Shown here piece by piece: positions 63,001 through 64,000 of a stretch of 64,000 nucleotides of DNA; position 1 is the first letter of the stretch, and every line of letters starts with the position of its first letter. The position numbers and the translations under genes were made by a program. The stretch is from a virus (taxonomy: Duplodnaviria; Caudoviricetes): IMG/VR virus record IMGVR_UViG_3300021399_003599; one strand, written 5' to 3'. The notes beneath the pieces are model-generated. The model ran no database searches. It was not told the origin of the DNA and saw nothing but the letters and a program-made list of their open reading frames with translations.

Positions 63001-64000
63001 AGCTACATCTGCAACTATCACAGGAACAATTAATGCTACCAACGGATATATAGGTAGCAGCGCTACCGCGGGCTGGGATATTGATGGTAATATTATTAAG
63101 CATGTTACTACCACAAATGCTGGGGCAGGAAAAACAAGTAATTATATATTAAATGCTGCTGGTAATACGTCAGCGACTATCAACGGAACACCAAGATCTA
63201 ATTTAGCATTAACTATTGGTAGTAAATTTGGTGTTGACAATGATGGCAACTTATATGCAAGTGGACTTAATATTACCAATATAGATATTAATAATACTAA
63301 TCTTGAAATTGGTGGTAGAAACTTAATTAGATATAGTAATCAATTTAAAGCAGGAAGTGTTGCTTCTTCTTCTGTAATGCAGCAAACAGTTGATGAAAAT
63401 GGTTGGTATAAAATGGTTATCTCTGGAACCAATAATAATTGGAATGCTGGTTGGTATTTACCCCAAACTGGAGGGTGGCTCGTTGATGATAACCTTAATG
63501 AAGGAGATCCTTTTACTGTTTCGTTTATTATGAAAGCTACAGGATCTACCATTATACCAACTATTTATTTAAAAAATGGTTTAGGATATTTCCAATTACA
63601 AGGAGAATTATCAGAAAATTGGTCTACTGTTTCTTATTCTGGCACATGGCAAAAAGCAAATAACATGGAACCTCACTTGGGATGGGGAGCTATAAACACA
63701 AATTCAACTTATTGGATCAAGGCATGGAAACTTGAAAAAGGTAACGTTGCAACTGTTTGGACTCCTGCTCCTGAAGATGTAACTGATTTTGTTAATACTC
63801 GTAATAGTGAAACTGGAGCAATTATTGATTCTGCTCTTGATGCTATTACTAGTGCACAATCTGCGGCAGATAATGCTGCAGCGGCAGCCTTATTAGCTCA
63901 ATCAACAGCTGATGATGCTTTGCAAGATGCAAATACCGCCAATACAGCTGCTGCAAACGCTCAAAACAAAGCAGATCAAACCGCATCAGATCTTAGATCG
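60023..64000 (+). CDS. Second giant tail fibre-like protein, 3'-truncated (absent from the ORF track)
   Basis: AGGAGG RBS, ATG 60023 (MAILGDLLVQGSSRF...); still in frame at 63722 (AWKLEKGNVATVWTPAPED); three CBM-like modules and IGGW(T/F)I repeats. Confidence 0.85.
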   Translation, partial: MAILGDLLVQGSSRFLQHIYASSLTISDDFTATGDLNVGGAATIAGTLTLTKNTGLAYNSNTGPALIVGGLASAQHLEFDPNEIQSKSNASTTADLYLNAGGNKVVIGVSSATTEVLNVRGKATFAQPVTFSSAVTHSSNLTVNGTTSLKGTGVSGTLSVSGLTTIQNSLIVEEEIRSPKWIIDNIANLGGEFVVAPTIVCTEPTVAVSGTTITITDSSITGAEFAGTTWTNGSIVKVSGTIKNVVLTSVNGTMTRELNATTTHTIQFTVPSGTTLPANGTYSGANVKNLHIMLYKRGGTAPVGIFMTSYGNTKKPYIEIYDGTLEANQTFYTPRVRLGHLANLKNSAGTQVTINGLTPEGWGLYTDRGYFSGVIVSKQGNIGGWTIDDAALYKGTDSLDSKTKGLFLGTNGIRNYESDTQYVNITAGKITALGVDLTGEITATSGTIGGLTIKNSYITSNTSKTTYNNTSVDGVFIGPTGIGLGKGKFYVSNAGALTATSGTIAGWTIGANTISHGTLGATNGYMLNSAGNSSTTINNTSKTNWALTIGNKFGVDNEGNLYANGANITNITIGNTDLQIGGKNLLGNTGNSKVTILNNSSTSATFMSIGNYNDAETLYSFINYDGYSNAISVGSSTSTGNRGVSWYTKPGKIIAGQKYTFSCKIKCSVATSVHMHTAWRNGSATAVYTGWTSEGVKAISANVWTDYVCTFTPNSSANLNYEFLVAICITGVSGGAIYQVAHAKLEKGNIATAWTPAPEDTVNGGGENLLKKDYTAFNQTSYLVYNIPTTVSLTEMGEGTILTFQAWGVVPDNNSSGIYVYWGGGSINLFNKMLPDENGYICQTITITSSQASHSNASNKFIHIYNFVSGHSGMNLTIDHWKLEQGSIPTPWSLASEDVDYSITHIDGGNITTGNISADRIKTNLLTAINASITKLSALTATIGGFTIKDTYITSNTNKTTYNNTSVDGVFIGTTGIGLGKGKFYVSNTGALTATSATITGTINATNGYIGSSATAGWDIDGNIIKHVTTTNAGAGKTSNYILNAAGNTSATINGTPRSNLALTIGSKFGVDNDGNLYASGLNITNIDINNTNLEIGGRNLIRYSNQFKAGSVASSSVMQQTVDENGWYKMVISGTNNNWNAGWYLPQTGGWLVDDNLNEGDPFTVSFIMKATGSTIIPTIYLKNGLGYFQLQGELSENWSTVSYSGTWQKANNMEPHLGWGAINTNSTYWIKAWKLEKGNVATVWTPAPEDVTDFVNTRNSETGAIIDSALDAITSAQSAADNAAAAALLAQSTADDALQDANTANTAAANAQNKADQTASDLRS
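61360..63780 (+). repeat. Diverged internal tandem duplication (about 1.5-kb period)
   Basis: YITSNT.KTTYNNTSVDGVFIG.TGIGLGKGKFYVSN.GALTATS is encoded at about 61391 and about 62876 (offset 1485 bp); ALTIG.KFGVDN.GNLYA is also duplicated. Confidence 0.85.

Noticed and set aside
41816-64000. Diversity-generating retroelement or invertase shufflon acting on the fibres
   Set aside because: No reverse transcriptase or site-specific recombinase in the window, no repeat pair differing only at adenines, no inverted cassettes
1-64000. Stop-codon reassignment; tRNA or rRNA genes
   Set aside because: Coding density is high under code 11 with TAA, TAG and TGA all used as stops; intergenic gaps are short and show no cloverleaf

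Overview
This window is a 64-kb segment of a large, AT-rich (roughly 30% GC by eye) tailed phage genome using the standard genetic code. The class III ribonucleotide reductase and sigmaA-type promoters suggest an anaerobic, probably Gram-positive host (inference). Layout: the end of a + strand structural operon (1-4732); a - strand accessory block (4780-13517) with a five-gene uncharacterised module, a family of fibre-like paralogues with one GC-rich insert, a RuvC-like resolvase and dUTPase; a small + strand holin-like/adaptor cluster (13666-15160); a long - strand nucleotide-metabolism and replication block (nrdG, nrdD, gmk-like, dnaE, recJ, primase, DnaB-like helicase, AAA ATPase, SSB, thyX, membrane-anchored GIY-YIG nuclease, wHTH protein, ATP-dependent ligase, type IIA topoisomerase A and B; 15196-36914); a divergent promoter region; + strand genes including an RNA ligase and a U32-like protein; and a receptor-binding region (4390-aa modular fibre, LamG and discoidin proteins, and a second giant fibre running off the end). 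The most interesting signals are: (1) a five-gene module encoding a fusion-protein-like coiled coil, a C1q/BclA-like head, an STI1-like protein and a half-ferritin; (2) repeated RBS-sequestering or terminator hairpins that overlap a candidate late promoter; (3) strong both-strand enrichment of CCGC/GCGG (especially CCGCA/TGCGG) built by synonymous codon choice; (4) a TM/coiled-coil/GIY-YIG nuclease; (5) a topoisomerase lacking quinolone-contact residues. Functional calls come from motif recognition only; no database searches were run.
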